Below, piece after piece: positions 1-9,360 of a DNA stretch of 25,514 nt; position 1 is the stretch's first letter; each line of letters opens with the position of its first letter. A model generated the notes under the pieces. It made no database searches, was not told where the DNA came from, and was given only the letters and a program-made list of their open reading frames with translations. A program made the position numbers and the translations under genes. Source of the DNA: Chthoniobacteraceae bacterium (GTDB lineage: Bacteria > Verrucomicrobiota > Verrucomicrobiia > Chthoniobacterales > Chthoniobacteraceae); assembly GCA_031409655.1 (NCBI GenBank), contig JANNXQ010000177.1:1-25514 (forward strand), read 5' to 3'.

Positions 1-2
1 CC

Positions 3-728
3 GGGCGCGACGCTCTACTCGCCGGGCCGCCGGAACTGCGCGCGCGGCAAAATGCGGATTTCGACTGCATCCGCGGGATCGCCGCGGGGATCGCCGATCC
101 GCGGTTTCGCGGGCTCGCGGATTTGTTTCTTTCCGAATACGGCGACCGCTTTCGCCGGACCGCGGCGGCCCGGCAAAATCACCATGCGCGCCGTGGCGGA
201 CTCGTCGAGCACGTCGCGCAGATGATGCGCTCGGCGGATGCGATCGCAGGCGCGTATCCCGCGTTGAATCGCGACCTGCTGCTGACGGCGGTGCTTTTTC
301 ACGATGCCGGAAAGCTGTGGGAAAACGCGCTGCCCGCGGATGGCTTCACCATGCCTTTCGACGAACTCGGCGAACTGCTCGGGCACATCACCATTGGCAT
401 CGAAGTCGTGAACACCCTCTGGCGCCGACTCCTTGCCGAGCCCGTCGCCGCCGATTGGAAGACGCTGCGGCCCGCGAGCGAAGACGTGCGCCGGCACCTC
501 CTGCACCTCCTCGCCTCGCATCACGGCGAGCTGCAATTTGGCTCACCCGTGGTGCCGAAAACGCCCGAAGCCTGGGCGCTGCACTACGTGGACAATCTCG
601 ACGCCAAGCTGGAAATGATCACCGCCGGATTTGCGAATGCCAAGTCGCTGGCCCCACGCATCCGCGAGCGCGCGTGGCCATTGCCGGGGAATCTCGTGGC
701 GCCTTTGCAGCGCTTTGAGGAGCCTTGA
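3..728 (+). CDS. yhaM: HD-domain 3'-5' exoribonuclease, YhaM/Cbf1 family (5' end outside window)
   Basis: Frame is open from base 3. Motifs HHARRGGLVEH, LFHDAGK, GELLGHI and SHHG..FGSPVVPKTPEAWALHYVDNLDAK are characteristic of YhaM. Confidence 0.85.
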   Translation, partial: GRDALLAGPPELRARQNADFDCIRGIAAGIADPRFRGLADLFLSEYGDRFRRTAAARQNHHARRGGLVEHVAQMMRSADAIAGAYPALNRDLLLTAVLFHDAGKLWENALPADGFTMPFDELGELLGHITIGIEVVNTLWRRLLAEPVAADWKTLRPASEDVRRHLLHLLASHHGELQFGSPVVPKTPEAWALHYVDNLDAKLEMITAGFANAKSLAPRIRERAWPLPGNLVAPLQRFEEP

Positions 729-841
729 GCCTCGTCCTCTTTTCGTCCCACTAAAGTTCTGTCAGAGCGGGAGTTTCCGCGTTGAAAGTGCATCCGTTCC
801 CTGCCACTTTTTCGTTCGCCTTTCGAAGACTGGCTTTGGTC

Positions 842-2308
842 ATGAATTTCATACTCGCTCGGTTAATCAGCACTACGGGCGCACTCCTCACCATGGGCTG
901 CGCGCTGGTGGCATCCCTTCAGGGTGGCCGAGTGCAGGCGTCGGAGTTCGCGATTGCGAATCGTTCGTTGGGGAAAGAGGACGCGCGGGCGCGCATCGAG
1001 CTGCTCGGCTGGGAGCCGACCACGGAGCGGTTTCTCGTGGCCATGGGGACTGGTCACCGTCCCCTCATTGATCTCTATCTGGACTCCGGCGCCGTCGTGA
1101 ATGCGCTCGATGAAAAAGGCCGGTCTCCGCTGCTCCTCGCGCTGCTCGCCAAGGACTGGACCCTCGCCGAACGCCTGCTCGGCGCGAATGCCGACATCGC
1201 GGCGGCAGACGCCCTCGGCACGACGCCCGTGATGGCCGCAGCCATGGGCGGCAATACTGCGCTCGTCCGCACCTTGATCACCCGCGGCGCCAAGCTCGAT
1301 ACCGTGGACACTCGCGGCCACACCGCGCTCCACTACGCCGTGGTCGGACGCCAGCGCCCCACGGTGGAGCTGCTCATGAGCGTCGGCCCAGTCGTATCCA
1401 CGCCGTGCTGCGACGGCTGCAACTTACTCGGGCACGCGCTGCAGACCGACGACTGGACGGTCATCGACCCGATCCTCGACCGGCTCGAAGGGACGCTCGA
1501 GTGGAACGATTGGTCCGGCACAGCGATCGTGAAGGCCCTCGCCAATTCCGATCGCTCCCGCATCCGCCGCCTGCTCGCAAAGCACCCTGGCCCTCCCGTC
1601 CCGGCGGAAGGCGCGCAGCCGCTGCTCGCCTACGCCGTCGCGCAGAATGACCTCAGCCAGCTCCGCGCCCTGCTCGATTGCGGCGCAAATCCGAACACTG
1701 CACTCACCCAGACCGTCGATCCCGCGTTCAATGCGCTCGTCTCTTCGAGCTTCGTCCGCTTCTACGGGGATAAGGAGCCGGGCTTCAATGTCCTGATGCT
1801 CGCCGCCGCCATGAAGCGTGAGGAAGGCCTGCGCCTGCTTCTGGAAAAAGGCGCCACCAAGGGCCTGGCCACCACCGGAAAATCGCGGCTCATCGCCCTC
1901 TATTTTGCGGCCTGGGCGGATAGCGCCTCCTGCGCGCAGATCCTCCTCGGGAAAGTGCCGCACCGCGACGAGCTCCGCGTGGAAATCTCCCTCGACGAGC
2001 AAAAGGCGGACGTCATCAAGAACGGCGCTCCCGTTTTCACCGCGCCCATTTCCAGCGGACGAAAAGGGTTCGCGACCCCGGTGGGTGACTTCGTCGTGAC
2101 CGACAAACATCGTGACCACCGCTCCTCGATCTACCAGGAAGCGAAGATGCCCTACTTCATGCGGCTGAGCTGCCGCGACTTTGGGATGCACGAAGGCGTG
2201 CTGCCAGGCCGTCCGGCGTCCCATGGTTGCATCCGCCTCCCCGGTGCCGCTGCGCGCAAGCTTTTTAAGGAAATCCCCATCGGGACTTGGGTGAGCATCC
2301 GGCGCTAG
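842..2308 (+). CDS. Ankyrin-repeat protein with C-terminal L,D-transpeptidase (YkuD) domain
   Basis: Ankyrin motifs GRSPLLLA, GTTPVMAAA, GHTALHYAV, PLLAYAV. C-terminal VEISLDEQ..PISSG..TPVGDF..MPYFMRL..GMHEG..ASHGCIRL carries the His/Cys catalytic motif. Hydrophobic N-terminus. ATG 842 preferred over the track's 782 start; start uncertain. Confidence 0.85.
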   Translation: MNFILARLISTTGALLTMGCALVASLQGGRVQASEFAIANRSLGKEDARARIELLGWEPTTERFLVAMGTGHRPLIDLYLDSGAVVNALDEKGRSPLLLALLAKDWTLAERLLGANADIAAADALGTTPVMAAAMGGNTALVRTLITRGAKLDTVDTRGHTALHYAVVGRQRPTVELLMSVGPVVSTPCCDGCNLLGHALQTDDWTVIDPILDRLEGTLEWNDWSGTAIVKALANSDRSRIRRLLAKHPGPPVPAEGAQPLLAYAVAQNDLSQLRALLDCGANPNTALTQTVDPAFNALVSSSFVRFYGDKEPGFNVLMLAAAMKREEGLRLLLEKGATKGLATTGKSRLIALYFAAWADSASCAQILLGKVPHRDELRVEISLDEQKADVIKNGAPVFTAPISSGRKGFATPVGDFVVTDKHRDHRSSIYQEAKMPYFMRLSCRDFGMHEGVLPGRPASHGCIRLPGAAARKLFKEIPIGTWVSIRR

Positions 2309-2338
2309 GGCGGGATCGCTCCGGGCGGCGCGGTGCTC

Positions 2339-3436
2339 TCAAGCCGCTACCGCCACCCCCGCAAACAGCTCCAGGGTCTGGCGCACGTTTTCCTCGATGG
2401 TGAACCGCGCCGCCTTCTCGAGCAGCCGCGGCCTCACCGCCTCCCGGCAGGCGGGATCGCTCCAGCGGGCCAGAGCGGCCGTCAACGCGCGCACGTCGTT
2501 GGGCGCGGAGACCACATCCCCTTCCACGCCTGCTTCGATGATCTCGGCAAAGCCATTGTGGACCGTCGTGATCACCGGCAGGCCGGCCCCGAGCGCCTCG
2601 AGACAGGCATTGGAAAAGGGATCGTAGAGCGTCGGCAGGATGAAGACGTCCGCCGCCGCCAGGTAGCGCGGCAGATCGCGCACCCCGCCCAGGAACATCA
2701 CCCGATCCGACTCCGGCAGCGGATTGGGATTACCCCGTCCCGCCACGAGGAGTGTCGCCTGGGGCGCATCGGAGTGCTCGATCGCCTCGATCGCCCAGCG
2801 CAGCCCCTTCCGCGTCCAACCCGTGCCCGCAAAGAGCACCACGTAGTCCTTTTCCCGAAGCGCGAGCGAGCGGCGCATCGTCTCCCGATCTTTCATCCGG
2901 TCGGCCGCGATGGCCGGCGCGGGCAGGCCATTGTGGATCACGTGGATCTTCTCCGCCGGATAGTCGTAGCAGCGCCTGATCTCCGCTTTCACCATGTGGG
3001 AATTCGCGATCACCAGGCCCGCGCCCCCATCGGAAAAGAGCGTCTTTTCGAGACCGAGGATGCTCCGGTGTTTGCCGTTCAAGCTGCGCAGCCAGGATTT
3101 CAGCCAGGGCTCGTGGGGCGCGCGACGCTCCAGCCAGACTTTGTGAACGCCATCACCGGCGCGGTAGCAATCGCACGCATGCAACCGCTCGAAGCTGAAA
3201 AGCACGTCACACTTTCCTTTCGCTCGCACCCGCCGCACCGAATCCGCAAAGCGCCCCGGCGACATCGAGCCCGAGAGTTGGAAAATCTCATGCGACCATT
3301 GCTCACGCGGCCAATCGCGGGTCGTGAAAAGCGCTAGCTCGTGCCCTGCTTCCGCGAGGCCCGCCGCAAACCGTTTCAAAAACGCCTCGGCGCCCCCGGT
3401 TGAAGAATACCCGCGTCGCACCAGCCCGAATTTCAT
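2339..3436 (-). CDS. GT4 glycosyltransferase, WaaG/RfaG-like (LPS core)
   Basis: GGAE near the N-terminus, YRAGDGVH, IANSHMVK, RKGL and ADVFILPTLYDPFSNACLEALGAGLPVIT. Confidence 0.88.
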   Translation of the reverse strand: MKFGLVRRGYSSTGGAEAFLKRFAAGLAEAGHELALFTTRDWPREQWSHEIFQLSGSMSPGRFADSVRRVRAKGKCDVLFSFERLHACDCYRAGDGVHKVWLERRAPHEPWLKSWLRSLNGKHRSILGLEKTLFSDGGAGLVIANSHMVKAEIRRCYDYPAEKIHVIHNGLPAPAIAADRMKDRETMRRSLALREKDYVVLFAGTGWTRKGLRWAIEAIEHSDAPQATLLVAGRGNPNPLPESDRVMFLGGVRDLPRYLAAADVFILPTLYDPFSNACLEALGAGLPVITTVHNGFAEIIEAGVEGDVVSAPNDVRALTAALARWSDPACREAVRPRLLEKAARFTIEENVRQTLELFAGVAVAA

Positions 3437-3526
3437 CGGCGTATCGACTGACGTTTGGGCGAGTCGGATGGCATTTCAGAGACATGTTCGCCGCAATCCT
3501 AAAATCTGTCTATCGGGCCAAGTACC

Positions 3527-3532
3527 TATAAT
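3527..3532 (+). promoter_or_regulatory. Candidate sigma70 -10 hexamer in the divergent GT4/GT4 gap
   Basis: Perfect TATAAT in an AT-rich patch between divergent genes; no convincing -35. Confidence 0.35.
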
Positions 3533-3599
3533 TATCATTGGGCGGATTGGGGGTCTCGCGCTTTCCTCTTTGCGATTCCCGTGCCACCCTCGGCGCCCC

Positions 3600-4760
3600 T
3601 TGGCCCTGCCGAAACATCTCCTCTACGCCACCTCCGCCCGCATCGGCGGCAGCGGCCTCGACGCCGTGGCGCTCGAGTCGTTGCGCGCCGCGGAGCAGGC
3701 GGGCTGTCTCGGGCGCGCGCTGGCCTTTGAAAATCGCAGTGAACTCCCAGCAGCACGCGTGCAGTCGCTGCGCTGGAATCCCGTGCGGCTGCTCTCGGGC
3801 CTCGGCAGCGAGTTTTACTACGGGGCAAAAAAACACGCGCTCGATCGGGCGGCCGCCGGCGAGCTGGCCCGCGGTGGGTACGCTCTCTTCCACGGCTGGT
3901 CCGGCGAAAGCGTGCGCACCCTGCGCGCGTGCCGCCGCCTCGGCGTGCCCGGCGTGATCGAGATCCCCACCTGGCATCGGAATAAAGGCCGGATCAAACC
4001 CGCCCGCCAGACGAAGAGCGAACGCGAGCGCGCCGAAGCCCGCGGCTGGCAAGGCTGGAAAAACCGCCTGCTCGTGACCCGGCAGCAGCTGCTCGAGGAA
4101 TACGATCTCGCGGACCTCATCCTCGTCCTCTCGGAACGCGCCGAAGAGACCTTTCTCACTGCCGGCATCGCCCCGGAGAAGCTCTTCCGCCATCAGCGCG
4201 GCGTCGATGTCACGCGTTTCGCTCCCGCGCTCGCGCCTCCAGAGAAATTTGTCGCCATCTTCGTCGGCGCGCTCATCAAACGCAAAGGCGTCCACCATTT
4301 ACTTGAGGTCTGGCAGCGGCTCGCGCTCCCCGACGCCGAGCTCGTGCTCGTCGGCACCGTCCACGAGGAGATCCGCCCCTGGCTGGAAAAGGCCGCGCCA
4401 AACGTGCGCGTCGCCGGCTTCGTCCAGCGCGTCGAGGACTGCTACCGCGCGGCCGCCGTCCACGTCTTTCCCAGCGAGTGCGAAGGCAGTGCCAAATGTA
4501 CCTACGAAGCCGCCGCGTGCGGCCTCCCGCAGATCACCACCCGGGAAAGTGGCGACGTCGTGCAGCACGAGGTCAACGGCCTCCTCATCCCGCCGAACGA
4601 CCCCGAAGCCCTCGCCGCCGCGCTCGAGCGCCTGCACCGCGACCGCGCGCTCTGCGCCCGACTCGGAGCCGCCGGCCGCCAGCGCGTCGTGGAAAATTTC
4701 ACCTGGGAACACTTCCGTGCCCGGCTCCTGGAGGCCTACCGGACGGCATGTAGCATTTAG
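3600..4760 (+). CDS. GT4 glycosyltransferase
   Basis: FVGALIKRKGV and VFPSECEGSAKCTYEAAACGLPQITT motifs. The track start (3324) overlaps the divergent gene, so TTG 3600 is more plausible. Confidence 0.85.
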   Translation: MALPKHLLYATSARIGGSGLDAVALESLRAAEQAGCLGRALAFENRSELPAARVQSLRWNPVRLLSGLGSEFYYGAKKHALDRAAAGELARGGYALFHGWSGESVRTLRACRRLGVPGVIEIPTWHRNKGRIKPARQTKSERERAEARGWQGWKNRLLVTRQQLLEEYDLADLILVLSERAEETFLTAGIAPEKLFRHQRGVDVTRFAPALAPPEKFVAIFVGALIKRKGVHHLLEVWQRLALPDAELVLVGTVHEEIRPWLEKAAPNVRVAGFVQRVEDCYRAAAVHVFPSECEGSAKCTYEAAACGLPQITTRESGDVVQHEVNGLLIPPNDPEALAAALERLHRDRALCARLGAAGRQRVVENFTWEHFRARLLEAYRTACSI

Positions 4761-4848
4761 GATTTAGCATTTGGATGTGTGGCGCTACGCGCATGGTGGG
4801 AATGGCGCGGGCCAAAATCCTAAATCCTAAATCCGACATGCTAAATGC
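4746..4848. repeat. Inverted heptamer arrays (G[CG]ATTTA)n / (TAAAT[CG]C)n
   Basis: Left arm 4746-4773 GCATGTA GCATTTA GGATTTA GCATTTG; right arm 4814-4848 AAAATCC TAAATCC TAAATCC GACATGC TAAATGC. The arms contain the upstream stop and the downstream ATG. Confidence 0.8.
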
Positions 4849-5866
4849 CCCGAAGATCCTCGCCCTCCAGCTCAAGCGCATCGGCGACGTGATCCTGACC
4901 GCGCCTGCCCTCGCCGCCCTCCGCCGCGCGCGACCGGACGACCGCATCACCCTCGCCGTGACCGCCGGCTGCGCGCCGCTGCTGGAGGTGATCCCGTCGA
5001 TCAATACCGGCATCGTCTTTGGCACCGGGCGCGGGTGGGCTCCGTGGCAGCAGGCGCTCACGGGCGGTTTTGACGCCGTGCTCGATTTCACCGGCACCGA
5101 TCGCTCCTCCGCCGCCACTGCACTCACTCGCGCGCCGCTCCGCGCTACTTTCGAGTGGGTGAAAAAGTCGCGGGCCCGCGCGCTGGCCTACCATCGTTTC
5201 ATCGCTTCGCCCGTCCGCGAATTTCACACCGCCGAGCACTACCTCCACCTCCTGCGCGCACTCGACCTCGACCCCATCGCTTCGCCGGACAATTGCGCGC
5301 TGCGCCTTCCCTCCACCGCGCACGCCGAAGCCGCAGCGGCCTGCCCCGCGACCCCTTTCGCCATCCTCCACCCGGGCAGCGCGCGACCGGAGAAATACTG
5401 GCTCCCCGAACGCTGGGCCACGCTCGCCGCGCATCTTCATGGCCAACACGGCCTCGCCATCGTCCTCACCGGCGGCGGCGACGACTTCGAGCAGCAGCAC
5501 CTCGCGGCCGTTCGCGCCGCCGTACCGACCGGCATTCCGCTCACCGACCTCAGCGGCAGACTCGGCCTCACGGGCTTCGCCGCAGCCATCGAGCGGGCGA
5601 AGCTGATCGTGAGTTGCGACACCGCCGCGGTACACTTGGCCTCGGAGTTGCAGCGCCCGCAGATCGCCCTTTTCGGCCCCACGAATCCCTTTCACTGGCG
5701 TCCGCGCCATCCGCACGCCGTGGTGCTTTCCGCCGCCCAGCCCGAGGCGCCGCTGACAACATTCACGCCAAAGATGAAAGGCGCGCCCATGGACGGCATA
5801 TCGACGGCGTTGGTCATCCGTGCTACGGACACGCTCCTCGGAGGCGCAGTGCCCGCGCTTCCCTGA
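4838..5866 (+). CDS. GT9 glycosyltransferase (ADP-heptose:LPS heptosyltransferase-like)
   Basis: KILALQLKRIGDVILTAP, LHPGS..EKYW, DLSGRLGL and SCDTAAVHLA..IALFGPT. ATG 4838 directly precedes the conserved start of the fold. Confidence 0.9.
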   Translation: MLNAPKILALQLKRIGDVILTAPALAALRRARPDDRITLAVTAGCAPLLEVIPSINTGIVFGTGRGWAPWQQALTGGFDAVLDFTGTDRSSAATALTRAPLRATFEWVKKSRARALAYHRFIASPVREFHTAEHYLHLLRALDLDPIASPDNCALRLPSTAHAEAAAACPATPFAILHPGSARPEKYWLPERWATLAAHLHGQHGLAIVLTGGGDDFEQQHLAAVRAAVPTGIPLTDLSGRLGLTGFAAAIERAKLIVSCDTAAVHLASELQRPQIALFGPTNPFHWRPRHPHAVVLSAAQPEAPLTTFTPKMKGAPMDGISTALVIRATDTLLGGAVPALP

Positions 5867-5878
5867 AGACCCATTGAA

Positions 5879-5974
<96 letters not shown>

Positions 5975-6002
5975 TTCCCCGGCCGCCTAGGCGCCCCCTC
6001 GC

Positions 6003-7889
6003 ATGGCCACCAAAAAACTCTCCCGCAAAGCCATCGCCAAAATGTCCTTCCGGGATTTTCTGCGCGAAGCCCGCGGGCCGTATGCGCGGCTCTTCAGCTA
6101 CCTGAAGCCGTATCGCACGCGCTTCTTCGCCGGCATCCTCTGCGGCGCGCTCTTCGGCATCGTGCAGGCGCTCCTTGTCTTTGATGTGCAATATGTCGCC
6201 AGTGCCGTCTTCCCGGATCGCGGCTCCCCGGCGGGCGGGCCGCTCGTGAAATGGTTCCCGCAGCTCGCTGATCTCCAGGTCGGCTCCAGCCTGTTCACGG
6301 TCCTGCTCATCTGCGCGAGCATCCCGGCGCTCATGGCCCTGCGCGGCCTCTGCGGTTATCTGAATTCCTACTGCATGCTCTGGGTCAGCGTGCGCGTGCT
6401 CGACGACATCCGCACCGAGGTCTTCCGCCACACCCTCGGGCAGTCGATGGAATTCTTTAACAAGTCCAAAGCTGGCGAGCTGGTGCAGACCGTCTTCAAC
6501 CAGACCCGCATGGCGCAACAGGCGCTCACGAATATCTCGGGCGACATCGTCAAGCAGCCCATCTCCATCCTCACCGGACTGGCCGCGCTCTTCATCATCG
6601 ATGCGCGTTTCATGCTCATGTCTTTCCTCATCTTCCCGCTCTGCATCGTGCCGGTGGTGCTGATCAGCCGGAAGGTGCGGCAGGCCGGCGTGCGTGAGGA
6701 GCAGGAAGCCGGACAGCTCATGGTCGTGATGCAGGAGGCCTTCGCCGGCATCCGCGTGGTGAAAACGCACGCACGCGAGGACTACGAGTCGGAGCGCTTC
6801 AATGCGGCCAATGACAAGATCATGCAATTCATCATGCGCTGGCGGAAGGCGCTGGAAATGGCGGGTCCGATGGTCGAGACCGTGGCGTCACTCGGCATCG
6901 CCCTCGCCCTCGCGTGGACGTGGTACTACCAGCTCGGCTTCGCCAAATTCATCGCGCTGAACGGCGGCATGGTGATGCTTTATCCGGCCTTCAAATCGCT
7001 GAGCCGCATCTATCTCACCATGCAGCGCTGCCTGGCCTCGACCACCGCGATCTTCGAGCTGCTCGACCGCGTGCCCGCGATCCAGGATGCGCCCGACGCG
7101 ACGAAGCTCCCGCGCGTCCGCGGCGAAGTGCGCTTCGACGGCGTCACCTTCGCCTACGGCATCGACACGCCCGCCGTGCATGGCCTCGAGCTCGCGATCC
7201 CCGCCGGCACGAGCTGCGCGCTGGTCGGCGCGAGCGGCGCGGGGAAGAGCACCGTGCTCGCCTTGCTCCAGCGTCTCTACGAACCGCAGCAAGGCAGCGT
7301 GCGCATCGACGGCCACGACATCCGCAGCGTCACCCAGGCTTCGCTGCGCGAAAACATCGCGACTGTCAGCCAGGACATCTTTCTCTTCCACGACACCATC
7401 GCGAATAACATCCGCTACGGTCGGCTCGACGCCACGCAGCCCGAGATCGAAGCCGCCGCGCGCCAGGCCCACGCGCACGATTTCATCATGGCGCAGCCCA
7501 AAGGCTACGAGACGGTGATCGGCGACAAAGGCAGCCTGCTCAGCGGCGGCCAGCAGCAGCGGCTCTCCATCGCCCGCGCCTTGCTGAAGAACGCCCCGAT
7601 CCTCCTGCTCGACGAAGCCACCAGCGCGCTCGACTCCGAGTCCGAGCAGCACATTCAAGCCGCGCTCGAAGCCCTCGCCGCCGGCCGCACCGTGGTCGCC
7701 ATCGCCCACCGGCTCTCCACCATCCTGCACGCCCATCAGATCGTGGTCATGGAAGGCGGGACGGTGAAAGAGATCGGCACGCACCAGGTGCTGATGGAAA
7801 AGAGCGGCTACTATCGCCGACTGTGCGACCTGCAGTTTGGGGGAAAATTTGAAACTCGAAATCCGAAACTCGAAACCAGTGAAGTATGA
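6003..7889 (+). CDS. msbA: ABC exporter, fused TMD-NBD, MsbA-like lipid A-core flippase
   Basis: Hydrophobic N-terminal half; Walker A GASGAGKST, signature LSGGQQQR, Walker B ILLLDEATSALD, IAHRLSTI. Adjacent to LPS core glycosyltransferases. Confidence 0.8.
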   Translation: MATKKLSRKAIAKMSFRDFLREARGPYARLFSYLKPYRTRFFAGILCGALFGIVQALLVFDVQYVASAVFPDRGSPAGGPLVKWFPQLADLQVGSSLFTVLLICASIPALMALRGLCGYLNSYCMLWVSVRVLDDIRTEVFRHTLGQSMEFFNKSKAGELVQTVFNQTRMAQQALTNISGDIVKQPISILTGLAALFIIDARFMLMSFLIFPLCIVPVVLISRKVRQAGVREEQEAGQLMVVMQEAFAGIRVVKTHAREDYESERFNAANDKIMQFIMRWRKALEMAGPMVETVASLGIALALAWTWYYQLGFAKFIALNGGMVMLYPAFKSLSRIYLTMQRCLASTTAIFELLDRVPAIQDAPDATKLPRVRGEVRFDGVTFAYGIDTPAVHGLELAIPAGTSCALVGASGAGKSTVLALLQRLYEPQQGSVRIDGHDIRSVTQASLRENIATVSQDIFLFHDTIANNIRYGRLDATQPEIEAAARQAHAHDFIMAQPKGYETVIGDKGSLLSGGQQQRLSIARALLKNAPILLLDEATSALDSESEQHIQAALEALAAGRTVVAIAHRLSTILHAHQIVVMEGGTVKEIGTHQVLMEKSGYYRRLCDLQFGGKFETRNPKLETSEV

Positions 7890-7991
7890 AGAGACGAAAC
7901 TTTGAAATGACTGACGTGCGCGCCTCGAACCGTTTTTTCCCTTCCAGCAGTTGGAATTTGGTGCGGATTGCGGATTGCGGATTTCGAGTTT
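7851..7991. repeat. Inverted heptamer arrays (GAAA[CT][TC]C)n / (GCGGATT)n overlapping coding ends
   Basis: 7851-7878 GAAACTC GAAATCC GAAACTC GAAACCA; 7963-7990 (GCGGATT)3 TCGAGTT. Bases 7852-7865 are the exact reverse complement of 7978-7991. Confidence 0.85.
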
Positions 7992-8389
7992 TCCTCCTCC
8001 TGTTTGCCTGCACCCTCCCGGCCTCGGCCGAGGACACCATCAAGAGCAAAGTCGTCGATGCCGAGAATCATTCCGTGACGGAAACCCTCGCGGACACCAA
8101 AGGCCGGATCATCAAAAAGACGCGCTTCTTTTTCGACGATAACAACTGGTCGAAGGGTGCAATTCACTTCGGGGAGAAAGACGTGGTGAAGTACAAAGAG
8201 GTCTTCAAACGCGACGCCAGTGGACGGCTGCTCGAGACCCGGCTTTTCGACAAGGACGACAAATCGCTCGGCAAACGCGTCTGCCAATACGACAGCGGCG
8301 GCAAGCTCCTGCGGATCGACGATTACGACGCCGCGGGCCAGCTCCTCACCCCGGCGCAGCGCGCGCTGCCGGTGAAAAGGAAACGGTAA
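7961..8389 (+). CDS. Exported hypothetical protein with YD/RHS-like beta-hairpin repeats
   Basis: Signal-peptide-like FLLLFACTLPASA|ED; repeats DTKGRII, RDASGRLLE, YDSGGKLL, YDAAGQLL. Start uncertain (GTG 7961 or ATG 7886). Confidence 0.7.
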   Translation: MRIADCGFRVFLLLFACTLPASAEDTIKSKVVDAENHSVTETLADTKGRIIKKTRFFFDDNNWSKGAIHFGEKDVVKYKEVFKRDASGRLLETRLFDKDDKSLGKRVCQYDSGGKLLRIDDYDAAGQLLTPAQRALPVKRKR

Positions 8390-8579
8390 TCCGCGAGCCC
8401 CCCGGGAGCGCCGCCGTCCCGTGCGGCATCGTGCCGATCCGCGCAGCGCCACTCCTGCACCGCGAGGGTGTCGCCGACGAGTCCGTAGGAGCGATGATCC
8501 TTCGCGAGTTGGCACAGCGACGCGAGACACGGAGTTCCGATTGACAGACCCGCGTGCCTCCATCGACACCTTCCCCGCC

Positions 8580-9338
8580 GTGCGCGTCTTTCTTCGCTCC
8601 CTCTCGATCTTCCTCCTGCTCGGTGCCTCCGCGGTGGCGCGGGAGTTCGATCTGCGACGCGACACCTTTGCCTTTTCCAATGACACCGCCCTCCAATACG
8701 GCGTCGATGAGCAGGGGCATCTGCATATTTCACGGCGCGAAAAGCCCGTCGAGTATTCGCACCGCTGCTTCGTCCTGGCCCGGGCCGTCCTGCAGTTCCA
8801 TCAGTTCGCGCGCTTTACTCCGAAAGAGCCCAAGCTCACTCGGGAGGAATACCGCGCGCGCATCAAACGCCTCTGCCGCATCGCCGTCTGGACCCGCGGC
8901 CCGCGCGAGCGGATCGTCTTTCCCGGCTTCGCGGATCTGCACGCTTTCTCGATCGCCTACGAAGGTCTGCTCAAGGAAAACCTCGGCAACTGGCTGCCCA
9001 CCTACCTGCGCATCGGCAACTGGCGCATGTGCATGGGCCACCTCCGCGCCGGCCAGGCCGCAGCCGCGCGCTGGCTCGAAAAATCGATCGCGGAAGGTCG
9101 CCCGCGCGCGCTCTACCTCGCGCGTTTTCCGCACATGAATCACGTCGTGGTGCCTTACTCGATGCAGCGCGAAGCCGGAGGCGATCTGCGCTTTCAGGTC
9201 TATGATCCAAACTACCCGAACCGCCCAAGCTGGCTGCTCTACCGGGCGAACGAGCGCAGCTTTGACTTTGAGAAGCGCTGGTACTTCCCCGGCGGTCGCG
9301 TGAATGTCATGCGCGTCTTCATCTCGCCGTTGCACTGA
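8580..9338 (+). CDS. Exported hypothetical protein, possible papain-like Cys-His-Asp fold
   Basis: GTG 8580 gives signal peptide MRVFLRSLSIFLLLGASAVA; motifs HRCFVL, NHVVVPY and VYDPNYP. TTGACA at 8541-8546 upstream. Confidence 0.7.
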   Translation: MRVFLRSLSIFLLLGASAVAREFDLRRDTFAFSNDTALQYGVDEQGHLHISRREKPVEYSHRCFVLARAVLQFHQFARFTPKEPKLTREEYRARIKRLCRIAVWTRGPRERIVFPGFADLHAFSIAYEGLLKENLGNWLPTYLRIGNWRMCMGHLRAGQAAAARWLEKSIAEGRPRALYLARFPHMNHVVVPYSMQREAGGDLRFQVYDPNYPNRPSWLLYRANERSFDFEKRWYFPGGRVNVMRVFISPLH

Positions 9339-9360
9339 ACGGTTCGCCAGCAGGCTGTCA

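Noticed and set aside
8400..8540. Degenerate REPIN resembling 18980-19186
   Set aside because: Only fragments (CCGGGAGCG..CGTCCC, ACGCGAGAC) match; arms do not pair convincingly.
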